Positions 1 to 10,319 of a stretch of 64,000 nucleotides of DNA are shown here, piece by piece; the stretch's first letter is position 1, and the number at the start of each line of letters is the position of its first letter. The stretch is from the IMG/VR virus record IMGVR_UViG_3300017963_000011, positions 41,135-105,134 of that record; one strand, written 5' to 3'. The DNA is from a virus. Below the pieces are notes generated by a model that worked only from the letters and a program-made list of their open reading frames with translations, did not search any database and was not told where the DNA came from. Both the position numbers and the translations under genes were made by a program.

Positions 1-1923
1 AAGGCTCTCAGCGGTCGGGTTGGTAGTTACGAGCTTGCAGACTTTGAAGTCAAGATCGAAAACGTTACCGGGTGGGGATCAAAGGTCTTCACGGATCACA
101 ACATCTCGTTGATCAATACACCATACGAGGTGAACTACGGACTCAAGGACGAGTTCTGGGAAGATTTCCACACCTTGTTCCGTGGTGTTGTTTCTGACAT
201 TCAGTTTGATGGCTTCACGATGGGTCTCAAGTTTACTGATCCAATGCCTCGTTACTTCAATCGCTTGCCGAACCAGTATGTTACATCTGATTCTTTCCCG
301 AGCGTTGCAGATGATTTCGCTGGTTCCGTAGCAGCAATTATCGCGGGCACCGTAGAAACCGATACCGGCGCTCTCAAGGTGACGCCGGTTGATTGGGCTG
401 TTGAAATCACCGATGGTTCTGGTAGTAAGCCGCAGAATGATAAGATCGATTTCAAGTACAAGCCATTCGGCGGTAGCTTGACGACATACGCTGTTACTCT
501 GACAAGCGGTGTCTACACAGATCCTGCGGCGCTCGCCGCCGAAGTCGAAACCAGAATGAACGCGGCGATGGGTTCTCCTCCTGGCGATCCTGGTTTTGAT
601 GTCACTTTTGATACAACAGAACGCAAGTTGCAGATCGAGGTCATCAAGGGTGGAGAGCTTACGCTGCAATGGTCAGAAGGTGCAAACGCCAGCATCAACG
701 CTGCCGATGCTCTTGGTTTTGACAAAGATCAAGACAAGTCAGGTTCCAAGAAGGTCAAGTCAGACCGCAAGTATTGGAACAAGTTCGTTGTCGCAAGGCA
801 CTGGTGCAAAGAAGATTCCAATGCCAAGCTCTGGATCGAAGAAGATTATATTGGAGACAAGGATAGCCAGCAAGTCAATTTCACATTTGACCATGTAACG
901 GCTGACAGTCTCAAGTGGACTCTGGTTCACACGCCATACAAGACGGTTGGCGATAGTGAGGCCAGGGTCAATATCTCTGGCGTGACTGATGATGAGTCCC
1001 CGAGCGGTACGCTCGTCACCGATCCTGTCGACTTCCTTGAGATCGTGCTTTCCAGGTTTGTCGAGTTGCCAGACAGTCTCTTAGACAATGACTCGTTTGT
1101 CACAGCCAAAGTCTTTACTGTTCGCAATAGCTATCAAGTCGCTGGCGCCGTGACACAAGACGTTGAGTGGACCACGTTCATCGAAGAGTATTGCTACAAC
1201 TTCCGCATGGATGTGTGGCTAAAGAACAACGGCAAGATTGCTTGTGGGTTCTTTGAAACAACAGTCAATGATCCTGATGCTCGGCATATCACAGACATCG
1301 TTGACATCTTGGATGGGTCTTACAAGTATAGCACTGAGTTCACAAGCATCATCAATAAGATAAGGTACGAATTCAAGAGGGATTACGTCACAGACACGTA
1401 CCTTCTTTCGAGTTTTGAAGATGATCAGTCATCGATACAGAGGACGAAGCAGGTTTATGAATGGCCAGAGGGCACGCTGCAACTTAACTGGATACGTGAC
1501 ATTGTTACAGCACAGCGTGTCGTAGCTGCTACGATCAATCTCTTTTCCGAGGCCAATCCAATCGTCACGATGGAGATCCCTTTTACAGGGCAGTTCGAGC
1601 CTGTGGATCTAACGGACAAGTTGAACATTACGACTGCACAGGGTCCGTTCTATGATGCAGCTACTAATATTCGTGGATATACTAATCGTTTACATCGAGT
1701 TATCGAGGTAGCGGTTGATATTAACGATTACAAGATGGACATCAAGCTCCAGGACATGTTTAGGCTTTCGTATAACTGTTTCTTTCTCGGAGATGACACC
1801 TGGGATACGGACGAGCTTGACTGGCTCACTGCCAGCGAGGAGAATCAGCAGACTTACGGATACCTCTGTGATGAAACAAGTGGCCAATTCTCAAATGGCG
1901 ATCCTGGAAAGAGACTTTGTTAA
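1..1923 (+). CDS. Tail/baseplate structural protein (5'-truncated by window)
   Basis: Frame is open from base 1 to the TAA ending at 1923. Acidic, beta-rich composition, first gene of a run of virion genes. Confidence 0.6.
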   Translation, partial: KALSGRVGSYELADFEVKIENVTGWGSKVFTDHNISLINTPYEVNYGLKDEFWEDFHTLFRGVVSDIQFDGFTMGLKFTDPMPRYFNRLPNQYVTSDSFPSVADDFAGSVAAIIAGTVETDTGALKVTPVDWAVEITDGSGSKPQNDKIDFKYKPFGGSLTTYAVTLTSGVYTDPAALAAEVETRMNAAMGSPPGDPGFDVTFDTTERKLQIEVIKGGELTLQWSEGANASINAADALGFDKDQDKSGSKKVKSDRKYWNKFVVARHWCKEDSNAKLWIEEDYIGDKDSQQVNFTFDHVTADSLKWTLVHTPYKTVGDSEARVNISGVTDDESPSGTLVTDPVDFLEIVLSRFVELPDSLLDNDSFVTAKVFTVRNSYQVAGAVTQDVEWTTFIEEYCYNFRMDVWLKNNGKIACGFFETTVNDPDARHITDIVDILDGSYKYSTEFTSIINKIRYEFKRDYVTDTYLLSSFEDDQSSIQRTKQVYEWPEGTLQLNWIRDIVTAQRVVAATINLFSEANPIVTMEIPFTGQFEPVDLTDKLNITTAQGPFYDAATNIRGYTNRLHRVIEVAVDINDYKMDIKLQDMFRLSYNCFFLGDDTWDTDELDWLTASEENQQTYGYLCDETSGQFSNGDPGKRLC

Positions 1924-1934
1924 GGAGATAGCCG

Positions 1935-2993
1935 ATGGGCGCTGTCGGAAGCGATGCAATTTTTGTTGATGGGACAGAGTTTGTTCTGAATCAGCTTTTC
2001 GGCTATCAGAGCGCAGAGGCTGGGCGCGAGCGGGGCATTCGCCTGCGCGACGGTTTCGAGTATCAGCACGCATGGGATGATACTTCAACAGATGACCCTG
2101 GCGGCGGCTGGTCGCATGATTGGCCCCTTGGTGCTCATGTGGGGACGATCGGCTGGCCAGCAGATCCTTCGCAGACACAGTTCTACGGTGATGGCGCTGG
2201 TATCACTAACATTGGTTCCAATGGTGGTCTCAAAGATCTCTCGCAGTCATTTTCTAGTGCCCAACAGTGTCTTAGCGCAACTGAATATCCACTTGCTCCG
2301 GGAAACCAGATAAGTCCGTTTCGAGCGATTATTCTGGCAACTTGGTATGACGCCACTGGTATCACTCCTGGAGTCTGGTATGCCAATACCGCAGTGCCGG
2401 GTGGTAGCCGTGTTGCTTATGATTTAACAGCAGCGTCGGGGGGACCATGGCCCACCATTGGAGACATGCCAGTACAAACTTGTATTTGGCTTTCTGGCGA
2501 TTTCACGTTGCATCTTCACTTTATGGTTGTTGCCAAGAATACGAATGGGTTTCAATGGGGCTCTGGCGATTCCATGCTCATTCGTCCCTTGTTCATCGGC
2601 CAGAATGGAACTACTTACTCATATCCATCGGATGATATCTCCATCACTACGGGGAACAATTTCCCAGACAGAGTTCAAACTTGGCACTGGCACTGCCATT
2701 GGGTTGGAAATATCACTTCCATGCCAGCTCAATTCTACTCAATCTTGTGGCAGATACAGGGCTCATGGATAGACTTCTTTAGCGGTGGTGGCGGTCCAGT
2801 TTGGGTTCAATTCTACTGCATGTCCAGAGGGCAGGTTTCCAACATAAACAGTTATGCGCCATCGGCAGGAGGGGCGCTTTTGAACAAAGCACAGCTTGGC
2901 GTTGGGGCATACTCGACTTTCAATGGTCTCGGTCAGACGTACCAATGTCAGGGCATCGACTCCTTCAACATGTTTCCGATTTTCGCTACCTAG
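1935..2993 (+). CDS. Putative virion/tail protein
   Basis: 352 aa, Gly/Trp/Ser-rich; AAGGAG SD upstream; tail-module context. Confidence 0.55.
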   Translation: MGAVGSDAIFVDGTEFVLNQLFGYQSAEAGRERGIRLRDGFEYQHAWDDTSTDDPGGGWSHDWPLGAHVGTIGWPADPSQTQFYGDGAGITNIGSNGGLKDLSQSFSSAQQCLSATEYPLAPGNQISPFRAIILATWYDATGITPGVWYANTAVPGGSRVAYDLTAASGGPWPTIGDMPVQTCIWLSGDFTLHLHFMVVAKNTNGFQWGSGDSMLIRPLFIGQNGTTYSYPSDDISITTGNNFPDRVQTWHWHCHWVGNITSMPAQFYSILWQIQGSWIDFFSGGGGPVWVQFYCMSRGQVSNINSYAPSAGGALLNKAQLGVGAYSTFNGLGQTYQCQGIDSFNMFPIFAT

Positions 2994-3023
2994 TGGTAGC
3001 GCTACCATACGAGAGGAAAACCT

Positions 3024-3428
3024 ATGCCTCGACCGGAACTCGATAGTGACAGGTCACATCTTCTCAAGATCTATATCGGAAACGAGAAGAAGTACAAATT
3101 CGTCCTACGTGACGAGAACAACGATCCGATACCGCTCACCGTGAGTGATATCTTGTATCTCGCAGTCAAGAAGAATCCCAAAACAGAAGATGACGCCGAT
3201 GCCATTTTCAAAAAGACGATCGCACTCACTGGCCAGCCGCCGGCTGATCTCTCAAACGGCATTGTCCGTTTTACAATTACGCCAGCAGAGTCAGGAGCCA
3301 TCACGGTAGTTGGCAGGTTCCGCTGGGATTGCATGGTGTGGAGATCCGCAGGTTCTTCCATTAAGAACGTGCCCGATCCGGCGGGCCATGTCGTTATCGC
3401 ATATCCAGTACGTCGATCCACGACCTAG
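3024..3428 (+). CDS. BppU N-terminal-like baseplate/adaptor protein
   Basis: 134 aa with the pattern IYIGNEKKYKFVLRDENNDPIPLT...GIVRFTITPAES typical of BppU_N-like Ig folds; GAGGA SD. Confidence 0.55.
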   Translation: MPRPELDSDRSHLLKIYIGNEKKYKFVLRDENNDPIPLTVSDILYLAVKKNPKTEDDADAIFKKTIALTGQPPADLSNGIVRFTITPAESGAITVVGRFRWDCMVWRSAGSSIKNVPDPAGHVVIAYPVRRSTT

Positions 3429-3458
3429 AGCCACGGGCTAGAGAGGAGGTCGCCCCAA

Positions 3459-3728
3459 ATGGTGGTCTCGGTAGATTTCGGAGCGTTTGAAGGTGGGGCG
3501 CCTGTCTGGCGTGACGTTTCTGCTTTGACAGAACTCGTTACCAGGCAGCGGTATCAGACCCCGGAAAAATTTATCGAGACGAGTCTGGCCGTTTACTTCA
3601 ACGGTCAAGTCCTAGACCGAGAGTCCGACAATGGCTTTACGGTCATCGATGATGAAACGTTTGAGTTGAAAACAGCGATCCCGGCAGGACGCGTATTTAC
3701 ACTCTTCGTCAGCTACGCCGAACTATAA
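3459..3728 (+). CDS. Small virion protein (fibre-type repeat domain)
   Basis: SLAVYFNGQ...FTVID motif resembles the LLVFVNG/LLVFVDG repeats in 8607..9536; GGAGG SD. Confidence 0.55.
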   Translation: MVVSVDFGAFEGGAPVWRDVSALTELVTRQRYQTPEKFIETSLAVYFNGQVLDRESDNGFTVIDDETFELKTAIPAGRVFTLFVSYAEL

Positions 3729-3745
3729 GATAGAAAGGAAGAGAG

Positions 3746-5113
3746 ATGGGCCAGAAATCCCTTCTCGACCAGGATCTACAAATCCGAGCGTCGACCACCT
3801 ACGATGACGCTATCGCGAGTGCCCAGACTGTTGGTGTTGCCGAGGGACAGACGAACTTGCTCGGCGACCTCAACGTGATGCGCACTCTTCTCAAGCTACA
3901 GATGGGCGTGACCAACTGGTATGACGCACCCGACCAAACGCTGGCCGACATCTATGGCAGGTTCTTCATCAACCTGCTTCAGCAGTCGGGCTTCATCGAT
4001 GTGGCCAGTGGTACGGGCGGATCGACAAACGCCTTCGATACTGCGATCAAGACCATCACCAATCACAATAGCGGTGGAGGTAACAGCACGACAGAGGGTG
4101 TCGTCGTAGACACCACAAAGGTGCATCGCCTGTCGATCCGTAACCACGATACGCAGGACGCCATCGATGATGGATCTGGCAATGAAGTCTACGGTCGTCT
4201 GTCGTGGTCTGGCACCGAGTACATCATCACATGGTACTCGATGGTGTCGGGCACGGAGACCGCTTACAGCTTCACGTCTTCGGTCGATATCGATCTCGCC
4301 TGTGTTCTCGTGTCGCGCGAGTACCAGGATCTGGAATGGGATCGCTTCATCGACCCGTCATTCCACGACATGGCCGGTTTCACCGGGTCCATCTCCGACG
4401 ACAACGTTGTTGTCGATGGCATGCTCTACCTGTACAACGGTCTGACAACTCAGGCTCAGGTCAACGCGCAGGGTGACAAGCTCGGCCACGGCGACACCGC
4501 AGCCGAGGGCGCTCACCTCGTCAAGATCAACGACTCGGCCACGGGTGGCGGCTCCAACGGCTACTTCACCGGGGATGACGTGCAGGACGCTTTCACGGAA
4601 CTGAAGACGCAGATCGGCGGCACGACGTCGACGACCTACAACTTCACCGAGAACAACGTCCTGACCGACAACGACTACATCTACCCCGCGCTGGAGAAGC
4701 TCGATCTCAAGTGGGGAGATCTCGCGAGTGTGGCCACGGGCGAGGGCGCCAGCCTCGTCGGTGTCGAAGACACAGGCGGGTATTTCACGGGCACCGACGT
4801 CGAGGCTGTTCTCCAGGAGATCGGTCAGGAACTCGACGATCAGGGAGTCCAGAAGTACCAGCATACGGAAACCAGCGTCATCACGGGTGGCACCCCATGG
4901 ACCCTCCCCGGCTCGCTCCAGTACACCCCGGACTCCGGTGGTCACGCCCAGAACATGGACGTGTACCTGGAAGGCCAGTTGCAGCACGGCGGTATCCTCA
5001 CGGACACCACGACCGACTACCAGGAAGCCGCAACGGGTGCTCTGCGCACGCAGATCACTTGGAACAAGACCATCCCGGCCAACCGCAATTTCACGTTCAT
5101 GGTTCGCAAGTAG
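3746..5113 (+). CDS. Tail fibre/virion structural protein
   Basis: 455 aa with an internal repeat (EGAHLVKIND..GYFTGDDVQDAFTELK / EGASLVGVEDTGGYFTGTDVEAVLQEIG) and strong codon bias. Confidence 0.65.
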   Translation: MGQKSLLDQDLQIRASTTYDDAIASAQTVGVAEGQTNLLGDLNVMRTLLKLQMGVTNWYDAPDQTLADIYGRFFINLLQQSGFIDVASGTGGSTNAFDTAIKTITNHNSGGGNSTTEGVVVDTTKVHRLSIRNHDTQDAIDDGSGNEVYGRLSWSGTEYIITWYSMVSGTETAYSFTSSVDIDLACVLVSREYQDLEWDRFIDPSFHDMAGFTGSISDDNVVVDGMLYLYNGLTTQAQVNAQGDKLGHGDTAAEGAHLVKINDSATGGGSNGYFTGDDVQDAFTELKTQIGGTTSTTYNFTENNVLTDNDYIYPALEKLDLKWGDLASVATGEGASLVGVEDTGGYFTGTDVEAVLQEIGQELDDQGVQKYQHTETSVITGGTPWTLPGSLQYTPDSGGHAQNMDVYLEGQLQHGGILTDTTTDYQEAATGALRTQITWNKTIPANRNFTFMVRK

Positions 5114-5120
5114 TCTGAAT

Positions 5121-5148
5121 GGCCTCCCCCTGGAGTCAGGGGGAGGCC
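5121..5148 (+). terminator. 12-bp stem hairpin after 3746..5113
   Basis: GGCCTCCCCCTG-GAGT-CAGGGGGAGGCC. No U-tract, so it may be a stabilising or pausing hairpin. Confidence 0.4.
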
Positions 5149-5174
5149 CCTACTCCTAGAAAGGCTTGGATACT

Positions 5175-5654
5175 ATGCCTGACAAGCAAGATACCAAAGC
5201 CCCCGAGTCTCTCGACGACATCAAAACGGAAGTCTTCAACAAGGTGACTGGCCCGAGAGGGGCACACGCTGTTCTCGAAGCCGCGAAGCAGAAGAAGAAA
5301 CGTCTCCTGGATGAGAAGGAGAGACTGAAGCAGAGAGGGGCCTTCATCGAGGGCCAGCTTGCATCGACAGATGAAATCATCGCCACTCTGGAGTTGATGA
5401 TCAAGGAGTGTGGCCTCAGCAATGTGGTCACGTTTGCCACCGGAACGGTCGGAGAGCCGATCGCAAAAGAAGAAACCGTTGTCGCCGACGAGGAGATGGA
5501 GAAGCACAGGGCCGCCGGGCGATGCCTCTACGTCCACTTCGTTCAGGTGAAGGGCGGCAGGAAGAGGAAGTTCTGCAATCGCAAGGGCTCCAAGAAATAC
5601 GGGGGCTACTGCAAGATGCACTGGGATCGAGTGAACGGTGGGAAAGAAAACTGA
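5175..5654 (+). CDS. Hypothetical protein (coiled coil plus C-terminal Cys/His cluster)
   Basis: ORF track; RC...FC...YCKMH could bind Zn. Confidence 0.55.
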   Translation: MPDKQDTKAPESLDDIKTEVFNKVTGPRGAHAVLEAAKQKKKRLLDEKERLKQRGAFIEGQLASTDEIIATLELMIKECGLSNVVTFATGTVGEPIAKEETVVADEEMEKHRAAGRCLYVHFVQVKGGRKRKFCNRKGSKKYGGYCKMHWDRVNGGKEN

Positions 5655-6447
5655 GATTCTCGGTCAGCAGGCAGATGGGGAATTTCTCCTAGAAGAGGAG
5701 TTCCCCATCTCGAAGACCGTGACTCCAGATCACGGTGATGCTCCGGTCTACAATGAAGTCACCGGGAAGTACGAGCCTGCCCCGGTGGCTGGTGGTCACG
5801 CACGCCTTCATGAGATCGAGAGTCCTCTCGATCACAATGTCCAGGGAACCTTGTTGGATCGCCAAACGATCCAGTACAACCTCGCTGATGAGAAATGGGA
5901 ATTCACTGATTTCCCAGACGCGAATGCCACTCTTTTACCTGGCGTGACGATGTTAGGCACTGTGCTGAACTATCCTAAATCAGCATCTTTCGGTGCAGCT
6001 TCCGATATTCAGTATGTCCGTGTTTTCTTGGTTGAGGATGCGGAATACGACTCGTTCGTTGTCTTTGTCACGAATCGAGTTGCCTCTGTCGATATCCGTT
6101 TGGGCATCTATTCCCAGACTGATCCGAGTGATATTGATTTAGATCCCAATTCTAAGGTTGCAGAAACAAATGTGCGAACGATCCTCGCGGCAGATGAGGG
6201 CACATTTGTCGAGGTAGCTCTAACATCAAGCTACACTGTCCCAACAAGCGGCTACTATTGGTTCGCTATGATCTACGACGGAACCCCAAACTCAGTGTCA
6301 TTTGCTACGAGTGAGACTTTCCCTGCCGACTATCTTCCAAGAAGAGAAGAGAGCGGTTCTGGAGATACGCTTCCTGCAACAGCGTCCGGTCTTACTAATC
6401 CAGCAAGCGCGGTCATTCTCGTGGCAGCTAAGAAAGCGGTGACGTAA
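5638..6447 (+). CDS. Putative virion protein
   Basis: 269 aa, overlaps both neighbours, beta-sandwich-like C-terminal half. Confidence 0.55.
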   Translation: MGKKTEILGQQADGEFLLEEEFPISKTVTPDHGDAPVYNEVTGKYEPAPVAGGHARLHEIESPLDHNVQGTLLDRQTIQYNLADEKWEFTDFPDANATLLPGVTMLGTVLNYPKSASFGAASDIQYVRVFLVEDAEYDSFVVFVTNRVASVDIRLGIYSQTDPSDIDLDPNSKVAETNVRTILAADEGTFVEVALTSSYTVPTSGYYWFAMIYDGTPNSVSFATSETFPADYLPRREESGSGDTLPATASGLTNPASAVILVAAKKAVT

Positions 6448-7106
6448 TGCCCGTTATTCCTTGCGATCTTATGGAGCAAGAGTTCAGAGAGCACAAGCTA
6501 GGCATGCTCATCGACGGGGTTTCCTTCGAGCAGGAAGCTAATCTCTGGAGTAACACTCCTCTGCAAATTGCACAAGATTTGCACATCCAAGAAGCGTGGA
6601 TCGAGTGGGAGAGTTGCAAGATAGGAGATTACGGTTTCATTGTGGCCATTCATCCTGAAGGAGAAACCAATCTCAAGGCAAGTGCGTCTCAGGGCGCAAC
6701 CTCTGTGAATGTTGGCGCGGCCTATGCGCCATATTACAATCCGGCGAATGGAAAGCGCTCCATAGAATTCTGGAACGCTGCCGAAACCGAGCTTCTCGAA
6801 GTTCGTACCGTTACTGGTATCTCAAGCCCGAATGTGAACTTCACACCTGGGCTTGCTGCCGCTCGCGATACGACGGTAAAGGTCAAGCCGGTTTACGGTC
6901 GCTACGGTCCAATTCGCGGATCGAATGGAAACCTCGGCGGTTACAGGATGATCGCTTCGGGGGTAGCCCATATCGAGAATCCATTCTCGATTTCAGCGAG
7001 GCTTCCTTCTGGTTTCATCATTGGCGTTCGTGTGAAGACTGTTAGCACCTCTGGCACTCGACAGTTTGCCATCAACTTCTTATTCAGATCACCAGAAGAT
7101 GAATAA
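6447..7106 (+). CDS. Putative virion protein
   Basis: 219 aa, TAATG coupling with the upstream gene. Confidence 0.55.
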   Translation: MPVIPCDLMEQEFREHKLGMLIDGVSFEQEANLWSNTPLQIAQDLHIQEAWIEWESCKIGDYGFIVAIHPEGETNLKASASQGATSVNVGAAYAPYYNPANGKRSIEFWNAAETELLEVRTVTGISSPNVNFTPGLAAARDTTVKVKPVYGRYGPIRGSNGNLGGYRMIASGVAHIENPFSISARLPSGFIIGVRVKTVSTSGTRQFAINFLFRSPEDE

Positions 7107-7653
7107 ACGTGCTGGCGACATAGTGCTGTTCAAGGTGAAAGCCAAGCACCTCTGGAAGAGTCCTCTTTCGTTTTTAATAGGACTCTTTCAGGGAAGTCGC
7201 TGTACGCATACTGCCATTTTGTCAGAGCCGTCTAATAGCGTAGTTGTAGAAGCGTGGTGGCCCCTCTGCCGCGCTCATGCTATCGACTACGATCTCTACG
7301 AGATTGCTTTCATTCGACCTAAACTCATCACTGAAGGTGAGCAGATCTCGGCTGCAATGACAGCCCGACGCATGATCGGGACTAAATGTGCTTATGATGA
7401 GCCGGCCTTAATTGGCTTGGCCAAGTTCTTCCTGATCGAGCGCTTTCTTGGCATCCCGATACGTAAGGCGTTCTATAATACAGACAGTCCAGACAAGTAT
7501 TTCTGCTCCGAACTCGTGGCGGTTTGCTATATGATGGCTGGCTTCTCACTTGCGAGTCTCCTCGGCTTCAAGGACTATTCGCAGATCACCCCGTCCGACT
7601 TCGAGCGACAGATCGACAAGTTTACGATTATAGAAAGAACCGAAGGCTGGTAA
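7099..7653 (+). CDS. Permuted papain-like NlpC/P60 hydrolase (YiiX/YebB-like)
   Basis: GDIVLF, THTAI (His), VVEA, YD, FCSELVA (Cys) and ITPSD occur in the permuted order. Confidence 0.8.
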   Translation: MNKRAGDIVLFKVKAKHLWKSPLSFLIGLFQGSRCTHTAILSEPSNSVVVEAWWPLCRAHAIDYDLYEIAFIRPKLITEGEQISAAMTARRMIGTKCAYDEPALIGLAKFFLIERFLGIPIRKAFYNTDSPDKYFCSELVAVCYMMAGFSLASLLGFKDYSQITPSDFERQIDKFTIIERTEGW

Positions 7654-7657
7654 GCCA

Positions 7658-8323
7658 ATGGCCGAGACGCACATCAAATTCGTCAACGACACCGTTACTC
7701 TCGGCGTCATGATGACGCGCAGGGGCACTCCGGTCACTGGCGAAACCCCCACAGTCGAGATGCGCAGAATGAGCGATGGCCGTTATTGGGATTGGAACAC
7801 GCTCGTCTGGAGCACATCACCGACTGGTACAAAAGAGGCAACCCTCGTTGAGAAAACCTGGCTTGGTGGTTTCTATACAAAGACTTGGGATCATGGAACT
7901 ACCGATCCTGATGCTCAGGGTGAATACACAGCCATCTATCGCAACGTCGGCGCTCCCAATGATTTCACCTCAATCGAGATCTTCTACTTCAGGTTTGACT
8001 GGAGCGAGGGAGCCGGTGTTATCGCTGATCAGGTTTGGGAAGAGGCCCTCGCTGACCATCTCGGTACAGCCGGCAGTGCGGCCGAGCAGCTTGCCATCGT
8101 CCGTGGCATGTGTCAGCAGAACTACATTCTTGACAACACAGTCCACAACTCCCTCGGGCTTCTCCTTGAGGGACGTATTAGAATTTTCGACACCGCTGCA
8201 AACGTGCCTGCTACTGGCGGCGGTAGCGAAACAACCGGGCTCATCGCAACTTACAACATCGAAACAACACCTGAGTCCGGTGATCAGGATCTCGTAGACA
8301 CCTATAGGGTGGTGAAAGCATAG
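7658..8323 (+). CDS. Putative virion protein
   Basis: 221 aa; IADQVWEEALADHLGTAGSAAEQL-type motif seen in phage structural proteins. Confidence 0.55.
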   Translation: MAETHIKFVNDTVTLGVMMTRRGTPVTGETPTVEMRRMSDGRYWDWNTLVWSTSPTGTKEATLVEKTWLGGFYTKTWDHGTTDPDAQGEYTAIYRNVGAPNDFTSIEIFYFRFDWSEGAGVIADQVWEEALADHLGTAGSAAEQLAIVRGMCQQNYILDNTVHNSLGLLLEGRIRIFDTAANVPATGGGSETTGLIATYNIETTPESGDQDLVDTYRVVKA

Positions 8324-8580
8324 TGTCGATTTGCCTTGCAACAAAAGGCGTCATCTGCGGTAGGAAGGAAAGGTATCTTACCTACTTTGAGGAGCCGCTT
8401 AACCTTACCGTGGTCGAGGAAGAAACCGTCGACCTTGAGGTCGTTGCCGAGGAAGAGATCGATATTGCTATTACAGAAGAGGAAGAGATCGATCTTCAAG
8501 TTACAGAGGAAGAAACGATAGAGCTTACTATCGATGAAGAGGAAGAGATTATTCTAATCGTTACCTGCTATGAAGACTGA
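8323..8580 (+). CDS. Small acidic protein with 10-aa repeats
   Basis: Six repeats of about EEEEIDLxVT; GTG start overlaps the upstream stop. Confidence 0.55.
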   Translation: MSICLATKGVICGRKERYLTYFEEPLNLTVVEEETVDLEVVAEEEIDIAITEEEEIDLQVTEEETIELTIDEEEEIILIVTCYED

Positions 8581-8606
8581 TGGTAGCGCTACAACGGGAG
8601 TAGATT

Positions 8607-9536
8607 ATGGCGAACAAGACCGCGCTAGTAGGAACGAACCGGGTCAATAGTTCTGGCGATCCAGCAGTTCAGAACTGGAACACGGGGGATACTCTCACTG
8701 ACCCTGATGGCAATGTCATCCAGACAGGGGCTAATGCGCCATCTCCTTCTGACGCGACTCCTCAACAGGTTGGCACTGGCACTGGTCAGCCTGGAACAAG
8801 CAACGACTACTCGCGAGCCGACCATGTTCACCAGACGAACGCGCAGCCCGGCACTGCTACTCCACAAGACGTGGGCTTGACAGGTGTTGTCGGGACAGCT
8901 ACAGCTTATGCCCGCGAAGATCACGTTCACGGTGGCGCTGTCGTAGGCACTGCGGGCTATCTGGAACAGGCAGCTACGGCAGCGGTGGCCACTTACACGG
9001 TGAACAACTACTCTGTCGGTGCTGATAACTTGCTCGTGTTCGTGAATGGCGCCTACGTGCCGAAGGATCAGTATACCGAGGACAATCCAACGCAGATCAC
9101 TTTCACAACCTATCCTGGTCTTCCTTTTGTTGGTAGCGAAAAGATTGTCACATTCGTACCCAAGGGTGGTCTGGGATTGACAAATCAGCTTTGGGAAAAA
9201 CAAGTTGCTGGAGCAAGTCAAGCAGTCTTCAATCTGGCGGGTTCTTACGATGTCGGCACTCACAGTCTTCTCGTGTTTGTCGATGGGACTCTCAATCTCG
9301 TAGGCGCCAGCGAGGACTACCAAGAGACGGGTACGCAGCAAGTCACGTTCAACACTCCTCTTTCTGGTGGAGAAGAAGTCCTCTTTCTCGTTCCGCGAGG
9401 ATCTACAACCGAGAACTCTGGAGCGTACAGCGCTGGAACCCCCGGCGACTGGAATGGTGCTCCGACAACGATCGGCGATGCGCTTGATAGGCTCGCCGCA
9501 GAGCTTTCGAGACTCATCGGATATCCGATTCCGTAA
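8607..9536 (+). CDS. Tail fibre protein 1
   Basis: YSRADHVH / YAREDHVH fibre repeats, two LLVFV(N/D)G domains, shared N-terminal motif NWNTGDTLTDPDGNVI. Confidence 0.7.
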   Translation: MANKTALVGTNRVNSSGDPAVQNWNTGDTLTDPDGNVIQTGANAPSPSDATPQQVGTGTGQPGTSNDYSRADHVHQTNAQPGTATPQDVGLTGVVGTATAYAREDHVHGGAVVGTAGYLEQAATAAVATYTVNNYSVGADNLLVFVNGAYVPKDQYTEDNPTQITFTTYPGLPFVGSEKIVTFVPKGGLGLTNQLWEKQVAGASQAVFNLAGSYDVGTHSLLVFVDGTLNLVGASEDYQETGTQQVTFNTPLSGGEEVLFLVPRGSTTENSGAYSAGTPGDWNGAPTTIGDALDRLAAELSRLIGYPIP

Positions 9537-9545
9537 GGAGATGGC

Positions 9546-10310
9546 ATGGCAAACGTAATAGCGATGACTGGCAAGCCAAGCATCAACGCATCCAACGACC
9601 CTGAGCTTCGTAACTGGAACACAGGGGATACGCTGGTCACTCCTGATGGAAACGTGATCATGGTCGGTACTCCATCGAGCGCCGAATTGGCAATTCCAGA
9701 TGGGGATGCCACGCCAGATATCAGTGGTGGCGAGAACTTCAAGACTGTGAATACAGTTTTGACGACGATCACGAACTTCATCAATGGTGTCGCCGGAACC
9801 AGAATTCGCGTTAGAATCACAGACACAAATACCATCATCTCCGGTACGCTCACAAAGACGGGACGGACGATCGTATGTCTCGTCGGCGACGTCTTTGAGT
9901 GGGTTTATGATGGTGCTAGTTGGATTCAGGTCGGTGGCAATGTAGGCATGGGTGCCTACATTCGGTATCAGACTCCTATTGATGTTACTGCCGGCACCTG
10001 GATTGGCAATACTGTTATCGTTTACACAACGATTCCAATGGCTTCTTGGCTTCCTCGTCTTGGAGTGGATATGGTGCATGTGTCTTGCAAGGTGAATGCG
10101 TCGGCCGGCACACCTACTCTTTTAGCGAGAGCCGTTGGCGATACGGATAATACCCTGGCCCGCGTTGTAGCCAATTACACTACGGGTTTCTTTGGAGGCG
10201 AAGACTTCTTTGTCAAGCTGAATGATGCTGGCAATTTCGAGGCTAGATGGTGGACGGCTTTCACACCGGCTGGCTGGAACAACCTATATCTTGAAGGCAT
10301 CACACTCTAG
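9546..10310 (+). CDS. Tail fibre / receptor-binding protein 2
   Basis: N-terminus NWNTGDTLVTPDGNVI is paralogous to 8607..9536; YDGASWIQVGG fibre motif. Confidence 0.65.
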   Translation: MANVIAMTGKPSINASNDPELRNWNTGDTLVTPDGNVIMVGTPSSAELAIPDGDATPDISGGENFKTVNTVLTTITNFINGVAGTRIRVRITDTNTIISGTLTKTGRTIVCLVGDVFEWVYDGASWIQVGGNVGMGAYIRYQTPIDVTAGTWIGNTVIVYTTIPMASWLPRLGVDMVHVSCKVNASAGTPTLLARAVGDTDNTLARVVANYTTGFFGGEDFFVKLNDAGNFEARWWTAFTPAGWNNLYLEGITL

Positions 10311-10319
10311 GAGGACGAC

